A stretch of DNA of 64,000 nucleotides. Source: Woeseiaceae bacterium. Its GTDB lineage: Bacteria > Pseudomonadota > Gammaproteobacteria > Steroidobacterales > Woeseiaceae. Location: positions 7,985-71,984 of the forward strand of contig CBFHSG010000016.1 of NCBI GenBank assembly GCA_965658465.1, written 5' to 3'. Position numbers and translations under genes: made by a program. Each line of letters opens with the position of its first letter. Positions within the stretch are counted from its first letter, which is position 1. Shown one piece after another: positions 16,881 through 25,803 of the stretch. The notes under the pieces were generated by a model. The model was not told where the DNA came from and made no database searches. It saw only the letters and a list, made by a program, of their open reading frames with translations.

Positions 16881-18110
16881 ATGGAACTGCTTTTCGCACT
16901 CCTGATATTGCTGCTGGTCACACGCATCTGCTCGGAAATCGCGGTGCGCCTGAAGCAACCTGCGATGGTGGGAGAATTGCTGGGCGGCGTGCTGATAGGC
17001 CTCGCGATTGCCTGGTACTCCGACCCGCCGGAAATACTGGCGCGTTTCGATACCGACGAGACGTTCCAGGCGGTCCTCGACCTCGCCATCTTCTTCCTGA
17101 TGCTCCTCGCGGGGATCGAAATGCGCCCCCGCGACCTGGCAAAAGCATCCGGCAAGGCGATCCCGATCGCAGTGGTCGGCATGATCGTGCCTCTTGCGCT
17201 CGGCTTCGGCCTTGGCTGGTTCTGGTTGCCCGAGTCGGAATGGCGCCTCGCCCAGTCGTTGTTCATCGGCGTTGCGCTCGCGATCACCGCGGTCCCGGTC
17301 GCCGTGAAAGTCCTGCTCGACATGGACCAGCTACAGACGAAGGTCGGGCAGGTAATCATTGCCGCCGCCGTCATGGACGACGTCCTGAGCCTGGTTCTGC
17401 TCGCGGTGCTTACGGCAATGATCTCAACGACCGAGGAATTGACGGCTTCCACCCTGCTCACGATCGGGCTCAACACGCTGATCTTTTTTGTAATCGTCTG
17501 GAGCGTCGGGCGTTACATCCTGCCGCGAACCGCCGGGATTCTGAATCGCTTCAAACTGGACCACGCGGACTTCAGCCTGCTGCTGATAATGGGGCTCGGA
17601 TTTTCGGTCCTGGCCGAGGCTCTCGGCATGCATTTCCTGATCGGTGCTTTCGCGTCGGGCGTCCTGTTTTCGCGCAACGTCGTCGGCGAAAAGACGCATC
17701 ACAAGCTCGAAACCTATACGGAAGCGATTACGGTGGGGCTGCTCGCGCCAGTTTTCTTCGCTTCCATCGGCATGCACCTCAAACTCTCTGCTGTAACCGA
17801 GGCACCGATGTTCCTCCTCTGCCTTCTGCTCGCCGCGACAGCCGGCAAGTTCATCGGCAGCGGGCTGACCGCGCGCTTGACCGGCTTCACCACCAGCCAG
17901 TCGCTGGCGATCGGATCGGCGATGAACGCGCGCGGTGCGGTCGAAATCATCATCGCCGACATCGCGCTCCGTGCCGGGCTGTTCGAACACCCGTCCCCCA
18001 CGCCCCCGGCTATCGAATACCTGTTTTCCGCGATCGTCATCATGGCCATCGTTACAACGTTGATCTCACCGCTCGCGTTACGCGCGCTGTTGCCGGGCGG
18101 CAAGTCCTGA
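16881..18110 (+). CDS. Cation:proton antiporter (CPA2 / Na_H_Exchanger family)
   Basis: 409 aa, polytopic. MELLFALLILLLVTRICSEIAVRLKQPAMVGELLGGVLIG is a typical CPA2 N-terminus. Starts 15 nt after the arsR stop. Confidence 0.8.
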   Translation: MELLFALLILLLVTRICSEIAVRLKQPAMVGELLGGVLIGLAIAWYSDPPEILARFDTDETFQAVLDLAIFFLMLLAGIEMRPRDLAKASGKAIPIAVVGMIVPLALGFGLGWFWLPESEWRLAQSLFIGVALAITAVPVAVKVLLDMDQLQTKVGQVIIAAAVMDDVLSLVLLAVLTAMISTTEELTASTLLTIGLNTLIFFVIVWSVGRYILPRTAGILNRFKLDHADFSLLLIMGLGFSVLAEALGMHFLIGAFASGVLFSRNVVGEKTHHKLETYTEAITVGLLAPVFFASIGMHLKLSAVTEAPMFLLCLLLAATAGKFIGSGLTARLTGFTTSQSLAIGSAMNARGAVEIIIADIALRAGLFEHPSPTPPAIEYLFSAIVIMAIVTTLISPLALRALLPGGKS

Positions 18111-18249
18111 GCGTGCAATTTTTTCGCAGCCTTGTACGAACTGCAGAAAACGGCACGAGTCCTGCGTTGTCTCGCCGGCCCGGACCATTGGCTTGGGATT
18201 TCCGCATAGACGTTGACGAGATGCTGTTCCAACTGCTTTACGACGAGGA

Positions 18250-19512
18250 TCAGGGCCAGAGCAGCAGCAGGGCCGTGCCCGCCGTCAACGCAATCGCGCC
18301 GGTGCCGAGCATCCACTTCCTCAGTTCCGGCGAGCCGAGAAACGATGCCGCGACGATCTTGAACAGCAGGTTGGACAGCGTGGCCAGGAAAATCGCCCGC
18401 CAGGCATCGAAGCCGGATGCTTCGCCGCCGGTATAAAGCTGCGCTACGGACAGGGTCAGCGCATCGACATCGGTCAGGCCGGAAATGAACGCGACGGCGT
18501 ACACGGCCTCGGTGCCAACGAGGTCGCGCGCCGCCGCTACACCGAACAGGATTACGGCATACAGCGCGGCGAAGACCAGAGCCTGGCGGATGCGCGCAGG
18601 ATTCTCGCGCTCGGGCAGTTCCGTGTCGGTCTTGGTGTGCACGGCCCTGAACGCAACGGCACTCAAGCCCAGCAATACCGCGGTGAAGGCAATCGCGGGT
18701 CCGACCATGCTCCTGACGAGATCGGGTGCGACGACAGCCAGCTCGACGAGAACCCGCGCATAGACGACCGCGCTTGCAACCAGGATGACCAGAGCCGCAA
18801 CGGGGCCGAGGCCGCCCTCGCGTTTCGACATGCTCGCGTAGCTGATCGTGGTTGCGGTGCTCGATACGAGGCCTCCGAGCAGCCCCGCCACCCAGCCGCC
18901 GGCGCGCGTGCCGACAAAGCGGAACGCGACGAAACCGACCAGGTTGATGGCGACGATCAGCACGACCAGGAACCACGCCGTGAAAGGATTGAAAGCGCCG
19001 TAAGGCCCCATATCGCGGTCGGGAAGCACGGGGAGAATCACCAGCGCGATCAGCACGAACCGGACGACGATCTCCACGTCGCGGTCGCCCAGCCTCTCGA
19101 CCCAGCTGTGCAGCGGCTTTTTCCAGTGCAGCAACACCATGACGGCGCCACCGAGCACGATTGCAGGCAGCCAGTAGCCCGCAACGGCCGCCGCTCCGAG
19201 CAGGTAGACGATTAAAGCCGCCACCAGTGTAGTGATGCCTTCGAGCTTGCGGCGGTGCAGATGCAATACGAGGATGAGGCTCAGCGCCAGTAGCCCTGTA
19301 GCGATGAGCCAGCCCCCGGCTTCCGAGAGCAACAGGGCCGCGATGCCGCCGAACGCAGCGATGAGCGCAAACGAACGGACGCCGATCGGTTTGTCCTCGG
19401 CCCACTCGCGCTCCAGACCGATGACAAAACCGATGGCAAGCGCGATACCCAGACCGATTATCCTTGCGTTGAATCCTGGATCCAGATCTTGCATCGCCGT
19501 CACATTATGCAC
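18250..19512 (-). CDS. MgtC/SapB family membrane protein with DUF4010 extension
   Basis: 420 aa. ...IGLGIALAIGFVIGLEREWAEDKPIGVRSFALIAAFGG (MgtC motif), followed by many more TM segments. The start may be the internal ATG (MQDLDPG...). Confidence 0.7.
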   Translation of the reverse strand: MHNVTAMQDLDPGFNARIIGLGIALAIGFVIGLEREWAEDKPIGVRSFALIAAFGGIAALLLSEAGGWLIATGLLALSLILVLHLHRRKLEGITTLVAALIVYLLGAAAVAGYWLPAIVLGGAVMVLLHWKKPLHSWVERLGDRDVEIVVRFVLIALVILPVLPDRDMGPYGAFNPFTAWFLVVLIVAINLVGFVAFRFVGTRAGGWVAGLLGGLVSSTATTISYASMSKREGGLGPVAALVILVASAVVYARVLVELAVVAPDLVRSMVGPAIAFTAVLLGLSAVAFRAVHTKTDTELPERENPARIRQALVFAALYAVILFGVAAARDLVGTEAVYAVAFISGLTDVDALTLSVAQLYTGGEASGFDAWRAIFLATLSNLLFKIVAASFLGSPELRKWMLGTGAIALTAGTALLLLWP

Positions 19513-19609
19513 CCGCGGTACCCATTGTACGAACGACCGGTCGGCTTGTAATTGTTACAGGCCCTGGGCGAAAGCCGCCGCCGCAGCGCCCTCTTTGCGA
19601 GTGGCATGC

Positions 19610-19621
19610 ATATTGCAATAT
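19610..19621. promoter_or_regulatory. Perfect 12-bp palindrome upstream of the MBL-fold/rhodanese gene
   Basis: ATATTGCAATAT, 39 nt upstream of ATG 19660, in the divergent MgtC / MBL-rhodanese intergenic region. Confidence 0.3.
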
Positions 19622-19659
19622 CTGTCAGGTAGGCTCCCTCAGTGCAAAGGACGATCCGG

Positions 19660-21036
19660 ATGTTCATTGAAAAAATCAAAAGCGACGGCCTCGCGCATTT
19701 GTCCTACCTGGCAGGGAGCAACGGCGAAGCCGCCGTCATCGACCCGCGCCGCGACTGCGACGTTTATGTCGAGGTCGCAACCCGCAACGACTGCAGGATC
19801 ACGCACATCTTCGAAACGCACCGCAACGAGGACCTCCTGTCGGGCGCGGCCGCGCTCGCAGAGCGAACCGGGGCGAAGGTATTTCATGGCCCGAATGCAG
19901 CCGGGGACATCGAGTACGCGACGACGACCCGCGATGGCGACGAGTTCGAGATTGGATCGATTGGCCTGCGCGTGCTGGAAACGCCCGGCCACACCGACGA
20001 CAGCCTGTCCTTCGCGCTTTACGACGAAGAATTCGGTGACGGGGCTTTCGCCGTTTTTACCGGCGACACTCTTTTCATCGGCGACGTAGGCCGCTGCGAT
20101 TTCTATCCTGACCGTGCGCGCGAAGTGGCCGGCCTGCTGTTCGACAGCTTGCGCAAACTCGAAGCGCTCGGGGACCAGGCCGTCATCTATCCCGCGCACG
20201 GCGCGGGCTCGGTATGCGGCTCCGGCATTGCGGCGAGGGAGGTATCGACCATCGGGCACGAGAAAGCCAATAACGCTCGTTTCGCAATGCGCGACCGGGA
20301 GGGCTTCATCGAAGCGAAGCTGTCCGAAAACCACGAGTACCCGCCCTATTTCAGGTACATGGAACAGGCTAATCTCTCAGGGGCGGACCCGGTCAGGGCG
20401 TCCCTGTTACCGCCGCCGATGATGCCGGGCGACCTGAAGAACGAGGCGGGCGACACGGTGCTCGTGGACGTGCGGAGTCCGTCCGCATTTCTCGGCGCCC
20501 ACCTGCCGTCCAGTCTCTCCCTGCCCGAGGACATGATCAGCGCCTTCGCCGGCTGGTTCCTCGAGCCGGACAACCCGATCGTGCTGGTCGCGGAGGACGC
20601 CCGGCAGGCCGAACGCTCGGCACGTTATCTCGCTCGCATCGGTTACGACGATATCCGCGGCTACCTGGCACCGAGTCTCGCGGCCTGGGCAGCCAGCGGC
20701 GGAGATTTCGGCACCGTGCCCGTCCTCGACGCCGAGCAGGTGCACGAGCGGGTCGAAAAGCGTCCTGAGAAGTGGTCGCTCCTCGATGTCCGTAAAGTCG
20801 ACGAAGTTCGTGACGAGAAAATCGGCGACTCGGTCCACGTGTTTATCGGCGAACTGCCCGCAGCGCTCGACGAACTCGATCGCAACCGCAGTTACACCGT
20901 CATGTGCGCCAGTGGCGCCAGGGCCACGATAGCCGCAAGCCTGCTGAGGAGAGCCGGTTTCGACAATGTCGACCTGTTCCTCGGCTCGCTCGGGGCCTGG
21001 AAGACGGAAGGATTCTCAACTCAGGATGCCGCATGA
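19660..21036 (+). CDS. MBL-fold metallo-hydrolase fused to rhodanese domain(s) (persulfide-dioxygenase-like architecture)
   Basis: ORF 19642..21036, ATG 19660. MFIEKIKSDGLAHLSYLAGS...ITHIFETHRNEDLLSG...LETPGHTDDSL (MBL motifs). The C-terminal part has rhodanese-like VLVDVRSPSAF... and ...YTVMCASGARATIAASLLRRAGF. Confidence 0.7.
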   Translation: MFIEKIKSDGLAHLSYLAGSNGEAAVIDPRRDCDVYVEVATRNDCRITHIFETHRNEDLLSGAAALAERTGAKVFHGPNAAGDIEYATTTRDGDEFEIGSIGLRVLETPGHTDDSLSFALYDEEFGDGAFAVFTGDTLFIGDVGRCDFYPDRAREVAGLLFDSLRKLEALGDQAVIYPAHGAGSVCGSGIAAREVSTIGHEKANNARFAMRDREGFIEAKLSENHEYPPYFRYMEQANLSGADPVRASLLPPPMMPGDLKNEAGDTVLVDVRSPSAFLGAHLPSSLSLPEDMISAFAGWFLEPDNPIVLVAEDARQAERSARYLARIGYDDIRGYLAPSLAAWAASGGDFGTVPVLDAEQVHERVEKRPEKWSLLDVRKVDEVRDEKIGDSVHVFIGELPAALDELDRNRSYTVMCASGARATIAASLLRRAGFDNVDLFLGSLGAWKTEGFSTQDAA

Positions 21037-21569
21037 ATACGTCGAAAAAGCCGATATTCGTTATCCAGGAGCATGACGCGTCCAACCTGCATTACGACTT
21101 CCGTATCGAAGCCGGGGGTGCGCTCGCCTCGTGGGCCGTGCCCAAGGGGCTGTCAACGGACCCCGAGGACAAACGCCTGGCCATCCGCACCGAGGACCAC
21201 GACCTCGACTATGCCGACTTCGAGGGCGTCATCCCGCCGTCCGAGTACGGCGCCGGCACGGTCATCGTCTGGGACACGGGCAGTTACGAAAACAGGACCG
21301 AGGAGGACGGCAATTCCGTGGATATCTGCGATGCGCTCGACAACGGTCACGCCGTCATCCGCCTGCGCGGCAAGAAGTTGTCCGGCGGATACGTGCTACA
21401 ACGAATACAGCGGGATGGTGACGACAACGAAAACTGGCTGATCATCAAGGAAGACGACGACGATGCCGATGCCCGCCGGAATCCCGTTTCGACGCAACCG
21501 GAGTCGGTAAAAAGCGGCAAGACGATCGAGCAGGTTGCCGACGAAAAGGAGGAAAAGGACGCTTCGTGA
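21033..21569 (+). CDS. Stand-alone LigD 3'-phosphoesterase (PE) domain protein
   Basis: ORF 20904..21569. ATG 21033 overlaps the upstream TGA (ATGA). PIFVIQEHDASNLHYDFRIE...WAVPKG...EDHDLDYADFEG...YGAGTVIVWD...LRGKKLSGGYVL are LigD-PE signature segments. Confidence 0.8.
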   Translation: MNTSKKPIFVIQEHDASNLHYDFRIEAGGALASWAVPKGLSTDPEDKRLAIRTEDHDLDYADFEGVIPPSEYGAGTVIVWDTGSYENRTEEDGNSVDICDALDNGHAVIRLRGKKLSGGYVLQRIQRDGDDNENWLIIKEDDDDADARRNPVSTQPESVKSGKTIEQVADEKEEKDAS

Positions 21570-22579
21570 GCTGCGACCCGTGCAAACTGATCGCCGAGTC
21601 CGAACGCGACCTGCTGCGTCGCTGCAGCCAGCCGCGGTGGACTTCGCCGATGCTGGCGACCCTGACGGACGAGCGCTTCTCGGATGAGGACTGGATATTC
21701 GAGCGCAAGCTCGACGGCGAGCGCGCACTCGTATTTCGGAGCGGCGGCAACACGCGGCTCATGACCCGCAACCGGAAAACGATCAATGACACCTACCCTG
21801 AAATCGTCGAGGGCTTTGACCGGCAAACCTGCGATTTCATCGTCGACGGCGAGATAGTCGCTTTCTCGGGGAATGTAACGAGCTTTTCACGGCTGCAGGA
21901 GCGCATGCAGAAAACGGATCCTGACGAGGCCCGCAACTCCGGAGTCCGTGTCTTCATGTACGTGTTCGACATCATCCATCTCGAGGACTATGCGCTCGAG
22001 AAGGTGCCGCTGCGCAGCCGCAAGAAACTGCTCAGGGCCGCCCTCAACTTCGAGAAGCCACTGCGCTATTCCACGCACCGCAACGCGGACGGCGAAGCCT
22101 ATTACGAGGAAGCCTGCGAAAAGGGATGGGAAGGCGTGATCGCAAAGGACGCGACGTCCGAGTACGTCCACAGCCGTTCCCGCTCCTGGCTCAAATTCAA
22201 ATGCACGGCCAGCCAGGAACTCGTCATCGGCGGCTTCACGGAGCCGAAGTCCAGCCGCGAGGGGTTTGGCGCCCTGCTCGTCGGCTATTTCGACGACGAT
22301 AAACTGCGTTACGCGGGAAAGGTCGGCACCGGTTACGACGACGAATTCCTGCAGAGCTTCCGGCGCCGGCTCGAGCGCGCGAAGCGCGAGACCTCGCCGT
22401 TCTCGGGCGAGCATCCCGATGCAGACGAAATCACGTGGGTGACGCCCGAGTTCGTCGGCGAGTTCGGATTCACCGAATGGACCAGCGCGGGCAAACTGCG
22501 GCATCCACGATTCCTCGGCCTGCGCCGCGACAAGGATCCCCGCAAGGTTGTACGCGAGTCCCCGAGGCAGGCATCATGA
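21566..22579 (+). CDS. Stand-alone ATP-dependent DNA ligase (LigD ligase domain)
   Basis: 337 aa. GTG 21566 overlaps the PE stop (GTGA). ...PMLATL...WIFERKLDGERALV (motif I KxDG)...GWEGVIAK...SWLKFK. The start codon is uncertain. Confidence 0.8.
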   Translation: MSCDPCKLIAESERDLLRRCSQPRWTSPMLATLTDERFSDEDWIFERKLDGERALVFRSGGNTRLMTRNRKTINDTYPEIVEGFDRQTCDFIVDGEIVAFSGNVTSFSRLQERMQKTDPDEARNSGVRVFMYVFDIIHLEDYALEKVPLRSRKKLLRAALNFEKPLRYSTHRNADGEAYYEEACEKGWEGVIAKDATSEYVHSRSRSWLKFKCTASQELVIGGFTEPKSSREGFGALLVGYFDDDKLRYAGKVGTGYDDEFLQSFRRRLERAKRETSPFSGEHPDADEITWVTPEFVGEFGFTEWTSAGKLRHPRFLGLRRDKDPRKVVRESPRQAS

Positions 22580-23463
22580 AGCGAAAATACGGGCCATACA
22601 CGGTCGAGACATCGAACGAGGACAAGATCCTCTATGGCGACGCGGGCATCAGCAAAGGCGACGTCATCGACTATTACGAGGGCGTCTACGAGCGGATGCA
22701 GGCACACCTGCGCGATCGCTGCCTGACGCTGGAGCGTTACCCGGACGGCATCGACGAAGACAGCTTCTACCAGCAAACCCGGGAAGATCACTTTCCTAAC
22801 TTCGTGGAATCGCGCCGCCTGAAAACCGCCGGCGGCAAGACCACGGTCGACCATATCATCGCGGGCAACCGGGCGGCCCTCGTATACCTCGCCGACCAGG
22901 CCGCGCTGACCCTGCACGGCTGGCTTTCCGTGGCCGACGCGGCCGACAAGCCGGACCGCGTCGTCTTCGACCTCGACCCGACCGATGACGATGACGATGA
23001 CTTCGACACGGTTATCCTCTGCGCACGCATTCTCCGCGAACAGTTGAGCGATGCGGGGCTGGTCCCTTTCGTCATGACGACCGGTTCGAGGGGGCTCCAT
23101 GTGCTGGCCCCCCTCGACCAGAGCCGCTCGTTCGACGACATCAGGGAATTCGCGAAGGGTGTCGCGGCTGCAGTCGCAGACCAGCACCCTGATCGCATCA
23201 CGACCGAGCAGCGAAAAAAAGCCCGCAAGGATCGTGTGTATATCGACATAAACCGCAACGCGTACGGCCAGACGTCGGTGCTCCCCTACTCCCTGCGTGC
23301 CCGGCCGGGCGCGCCCGCGGCGACGCCGCTCGAGTGGGACGAACTCGACCGTGACGACCTGTCGCCCCGGCGTTTCGGCCTGTCAAATATCTCGCGGCGC
23401 CTCGGCCAGAGAGCCGACCCTTTCGACGGGTTTGCAAAATACCGCAGGCGCCCCAATGCATAA
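22576..23463 (+). CDS. Stand-alone LigD polymerase/primase (PrimPol-type) domain protein
   Basis: ORF 22435..23463. ATG 22576 overlaps the ligase stop (ATGA). MKRKYGPYTVETSNEDKILY...LERYPDGI...VVFDLDP...TTGSRGLHVLAPL...VYIDINRNAYGQT. Confidence 0.8.
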   Translation: MKRKYGPYTVETSNEDKILYGDAGISKGDVIDYYEGVYERMQAHLRDRCLTLERYPDGIDEDSFYQQTREDHFPNFVESRRLKTAGGKTTVDHIIAGNRAALVYLADQAALTLHGWLSVADAADKPDRVVFDLDPTDDDDDDFDTVILCARILREQLSDAGLVPFVMTTGSRGLHVLAPLDQSRSFDDIREFAKGVAAAVADQHPDRITTEQRKKARKDRVYIDINRNAYGQTSVLPYSLRARPGAPAATPLEWDELDRDDLSPRRFGLSNISRRLGQRADPFDGFAKYRRRPNA

Positions 23464-23508
23464 GAATCGATCGACGGTTCAACCTGTGTTAACAGAAAGG
23501 AAATAATC

Positions 23509-24126
23509 ATGACCATCTATACGCTCCCGAAACTCGACTATGGTTACAAGGACCTCGAGCCGCACCTTTCCGCGGAAATACTCGAACTGCACCACAGCAA
23601 ACATCATTCCGCGTACGTGGACGGCGCCAATTCGACGATTGACAACCTCGCCGAAGCGCGCGAATCCGGGGACTTTGCCGCCCTGAACAAGCTGGAGAAA
23701 GATCTCGCTTTCCACCTCTCGGGCCACGTGCTGCATTCCCTGCTGTGGAAGAACATGAGCCCCAACGGCGGCGGCGAGCCGGGCGGCAAACTCGCCTCTG
23801 AAATCAAGGGGGCATTCTCGTCGTTCGACGCCATGAAGAAGCAGCTGTCGGCCGCCGCGATGGGAATCCAGGGCTCGGGCTGGGCCAGCCTCGCGTGGGA
23901 CCCGCTATCCGGCAGCCTGATCGTCCAGCAGGTGTACGACCACCAGGGCAACGTCGGCAGCGCAACGATTCCGCTGCTCGTGCTCGACATGTGGGAGCAT
24001 GCCTTCTACCTGCAGTACAGGAACGAGAAGGCCAGGTGGGTCGACGCTTTCTGGAACCTGGTGAACTGGGATGATGTCGAAAATCGTCTGAAAGCGGTCA
24101 GGAAAACCGACCTGGCGCTCGACTGA
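23509..24126 (+). CDS. sodA: Fe/Mn superoxide dismutase
   Basis: 205 aa. YTLPKLDYGYKDLEPHLSAEILELHHSKHH...QGSGWASLAWD...LVLDMWEHAFYLQYRN. RBS AAAGGAA upstream. Confidence 0.9.
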   Translation: MTIYTLPKLDYGYKDLEPHLSAEILELHHSKHHSAYVDGANSTIDNLAEARESGDFAALNKLEKDLAFHLSGHVLHSLLWKNMSPNGGGEPGGKLASEIKGAFSSFDAMKKQLSAAAMGIQGSGWASLAWDPLSGSLIVQQVYDHQGNVGSATIPLLVLDMWEHAFYLQYRNEKARWVDAFWNLVNWDDVENRLKAVRKTDLALD

Positions 24127-24168
24127 CGTTACGCACGAACGCAGCAGATCTGACAAGGAGATGAGGTA

Positions 24169-25152
24169 ATGGGATTACTGGTTGACGGCGAGTGGCGTGA
24201 CCAATGGTACGACACCAAGGCCACCGGTGGCCGTTTCAAACGGGATATATCGCGCTTTCGTAACTGGATTACGGCGGATGGCCGCGCGGGGCCGACCGGA
24301 GCATCCGGATTCAAAGCGCAGCCGGACCGCTATCACTTGTATGTATCCTACGCATGCCCCTGGGCGCACCGCACCCTCATCTTCCGCAAACTGAAAGGCC
24401 TCGAGGACATGATCCCGCTGTCCGTCGTGCACTGGTACATGGCCGAGAACGGCTGGACCTTTGCTGACGGCGACGGGGTCGTCCCCGACCCGATCCACGA
24501 CGCCGACTACATGTACCAGGTCTACCAGGCGGCGGATGATTCCTACACCGGCCGCGTGACCGTGCCCGTCCTGTGGGACAAGGAAAAACAGACGATCGTC
24601 AGCAACGAGTCCGCCGATATCATCCGCATGTTCAACTCGGCGTTCGACGAGATCGGCGCGAAGGAAGGCGACTACTATCCCGAACCGCTGCGCGAGGAGA
24701 TCGACGAAATCAATGCACGTGTCTACGACACGGTCAACAACGGCGTGTACAAGTCGGGTTTCGCGACCACTCAGGAAGCTTACGAAGAAGCCGTCGAACC
24801 GCTGTTCGACTCGCTCGAATGGCTCGACGGCCGCCTCTCATCGCGGCGCTACCTGCTGGGCGATGCGATCACCGAGGCGGACTGGCGCCTGTTCACGACG
24901 CTGCTGCGTTTCGACCCGGTGTACGTCGGCCACTTCAAGTGCAACCGTCGGCGGATCGTGGATTTCGAGCACCTGTGGCCCTACGTGCGCGACCTGTACC
25001 AGGTCCCCGGCGTGGCCGAGACAGTGCACATGGACCACATCAAGTCGCATTACTACGGCAGCCACGACACGATCAACCCGACCCGCATCGTGCCCGTCGG
25101 TCCCGACATCGACTACTCGGAGCCTCACGGGCGCGACGCGCTATCAGGCTGA
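24169..25152 (+). CDS. yqjG: Glutathionyl-hydroquinone reductase (Xi-class GST, YqjG/ECM4 family)
   Basis: 327 aa. MGLLVDGEWRDQWYDTK...GRF..., with YHLYVSYACPWAHRTLIFRKLKGL (CPWA motif). RBS AAGGAG upstream. Confidence 0.85.
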   Translation: MGLLVDGEWRDQWYDTKATGGRFKRDISRFRNWITADGRAGPTGASGFKAQPDRYHLYVSYACPWAHRTLIFRKLKGLEDMIPLSVVHWYMAENGWTFADGDGVVPDPIHDADYMYQVYQAADDSYTGRVTVPVLWDKEKQTIVSNESADIIRMFNSAFDEIGAKEGDYYPEPLREEIDEINARVYDTVNNGVYKSGFATTQEAYEEAVEPLFDSLEWLDGRLSSRRYLLGDAITEADWRLFTTLLRFDPVYVGHFKCNRRRIVDFEHLWPYVRDLYQVPGVAETVHMDHIKSHYYGSHDTINPTRIVPVGPDIDYSEPHGRDALSG

Positions 25153-25163
25153 GATCAGCTCCG

Positions 25164-25763
25164 CTAGTCGTAACAGAGCAGTTTCACCTTGCGAACGGCG
25201 CGGTCGATTGCGTCGTCGCTGTCGGCATCAACGAGTTCCTGCTTGGCCGTAGCGCACTCGCTCGCCTCTTCCTGCATCTCTTCGATGATCGCAGCATCCT
25301 TCATCACGTCCTGTGATGCAGGATCGCAGGCGGTTGCCGGTGCCCGGCGAATATTGGCTGTGCCGCCGGTTTCTTCAACAAAAACACAGTCATCGACGCG
25401 GATCTCGGTCTGCTCGGTTGCGATCTGGATCGCCGTGCCTTCGTTGGTGGTTACGGTGTAGACGCGACCCGGCCTCGTCTTGGACGCCGCAGAGGCGCCG
25501 CCCAGGACTGCACCAATGGCCGCATTCCGGTTTCTGCGGCTCGAACTCTTGCTCGATCGCGTCAGCGCCGCCCCGAACGCTCCGCCGACCAACGCGCCAC
25601 CGACTGCGTTGCCGTCATTCAGGTTCACGGACTTCATAGCCGTTACGGTACCCGTGCGCACCGTGACCGACTGGCCCGCGCGCTGCGCGAAAGAATGCTG
25701 AGTGGCGAGCAGCAGGCACCCGGCAATCACCAGGCTCGCGGCTGTAATTCGAAACATATTCAT
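25164..25763 (-). CDS. Glycine-zipper lipoprotein/secreted protein with Cys-containing C-terminal domain, unknown function
   Basis: 199 aa. MNMFRITAASLVIAGC (lipobox-like). GNAVGGALVGGAFGAAL and AAIGAVLGGASAA Gly-zippers. Acidic Cys-containing tail. Confidence 0.6.
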   Translation of the reverse strand: MNMFRITAASLVIAGCLLLATQHSFAQRAGQSVTVRTGTVTAMKSVNLNDGNAVGGALVGGAFGAALTRSSKSSSRRNRNAAIGAVLGGASAASKTRPGRVYTVTTNEGTAIQIATEQTEIRVDDCVFVEETGGTANIRRAPATACDPASQDVMKDAAIIEEMQEEASECATAKQELVDADSDDAIDRAVRKVKLLCYD

Positions 25764-25803
25764 CTCCAGGCAAAATCCGACAGTTCCTGTGCAACCGCCT
25801 ATT

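Noticed and set aside
17714-19405. 563-aa minus-strand ORF spanning the end of the CPA2 gene and most of the MgtC-like gene region
   Set aside because: The translation is Arg/Pro/Gly/Ala-rich low-complexity, and it overlaps two genes with clear membrane-protein signatures in other frames. It is a GC-driven open frame.
22984-23001. (GATGAC)x3 microrepeat inside the LigD polymerase gene
   Set aside because: It is in frame and simply encodes an acidic DDDDDD loop after the DLDP motif. There is no sign of slippage or phase variation.
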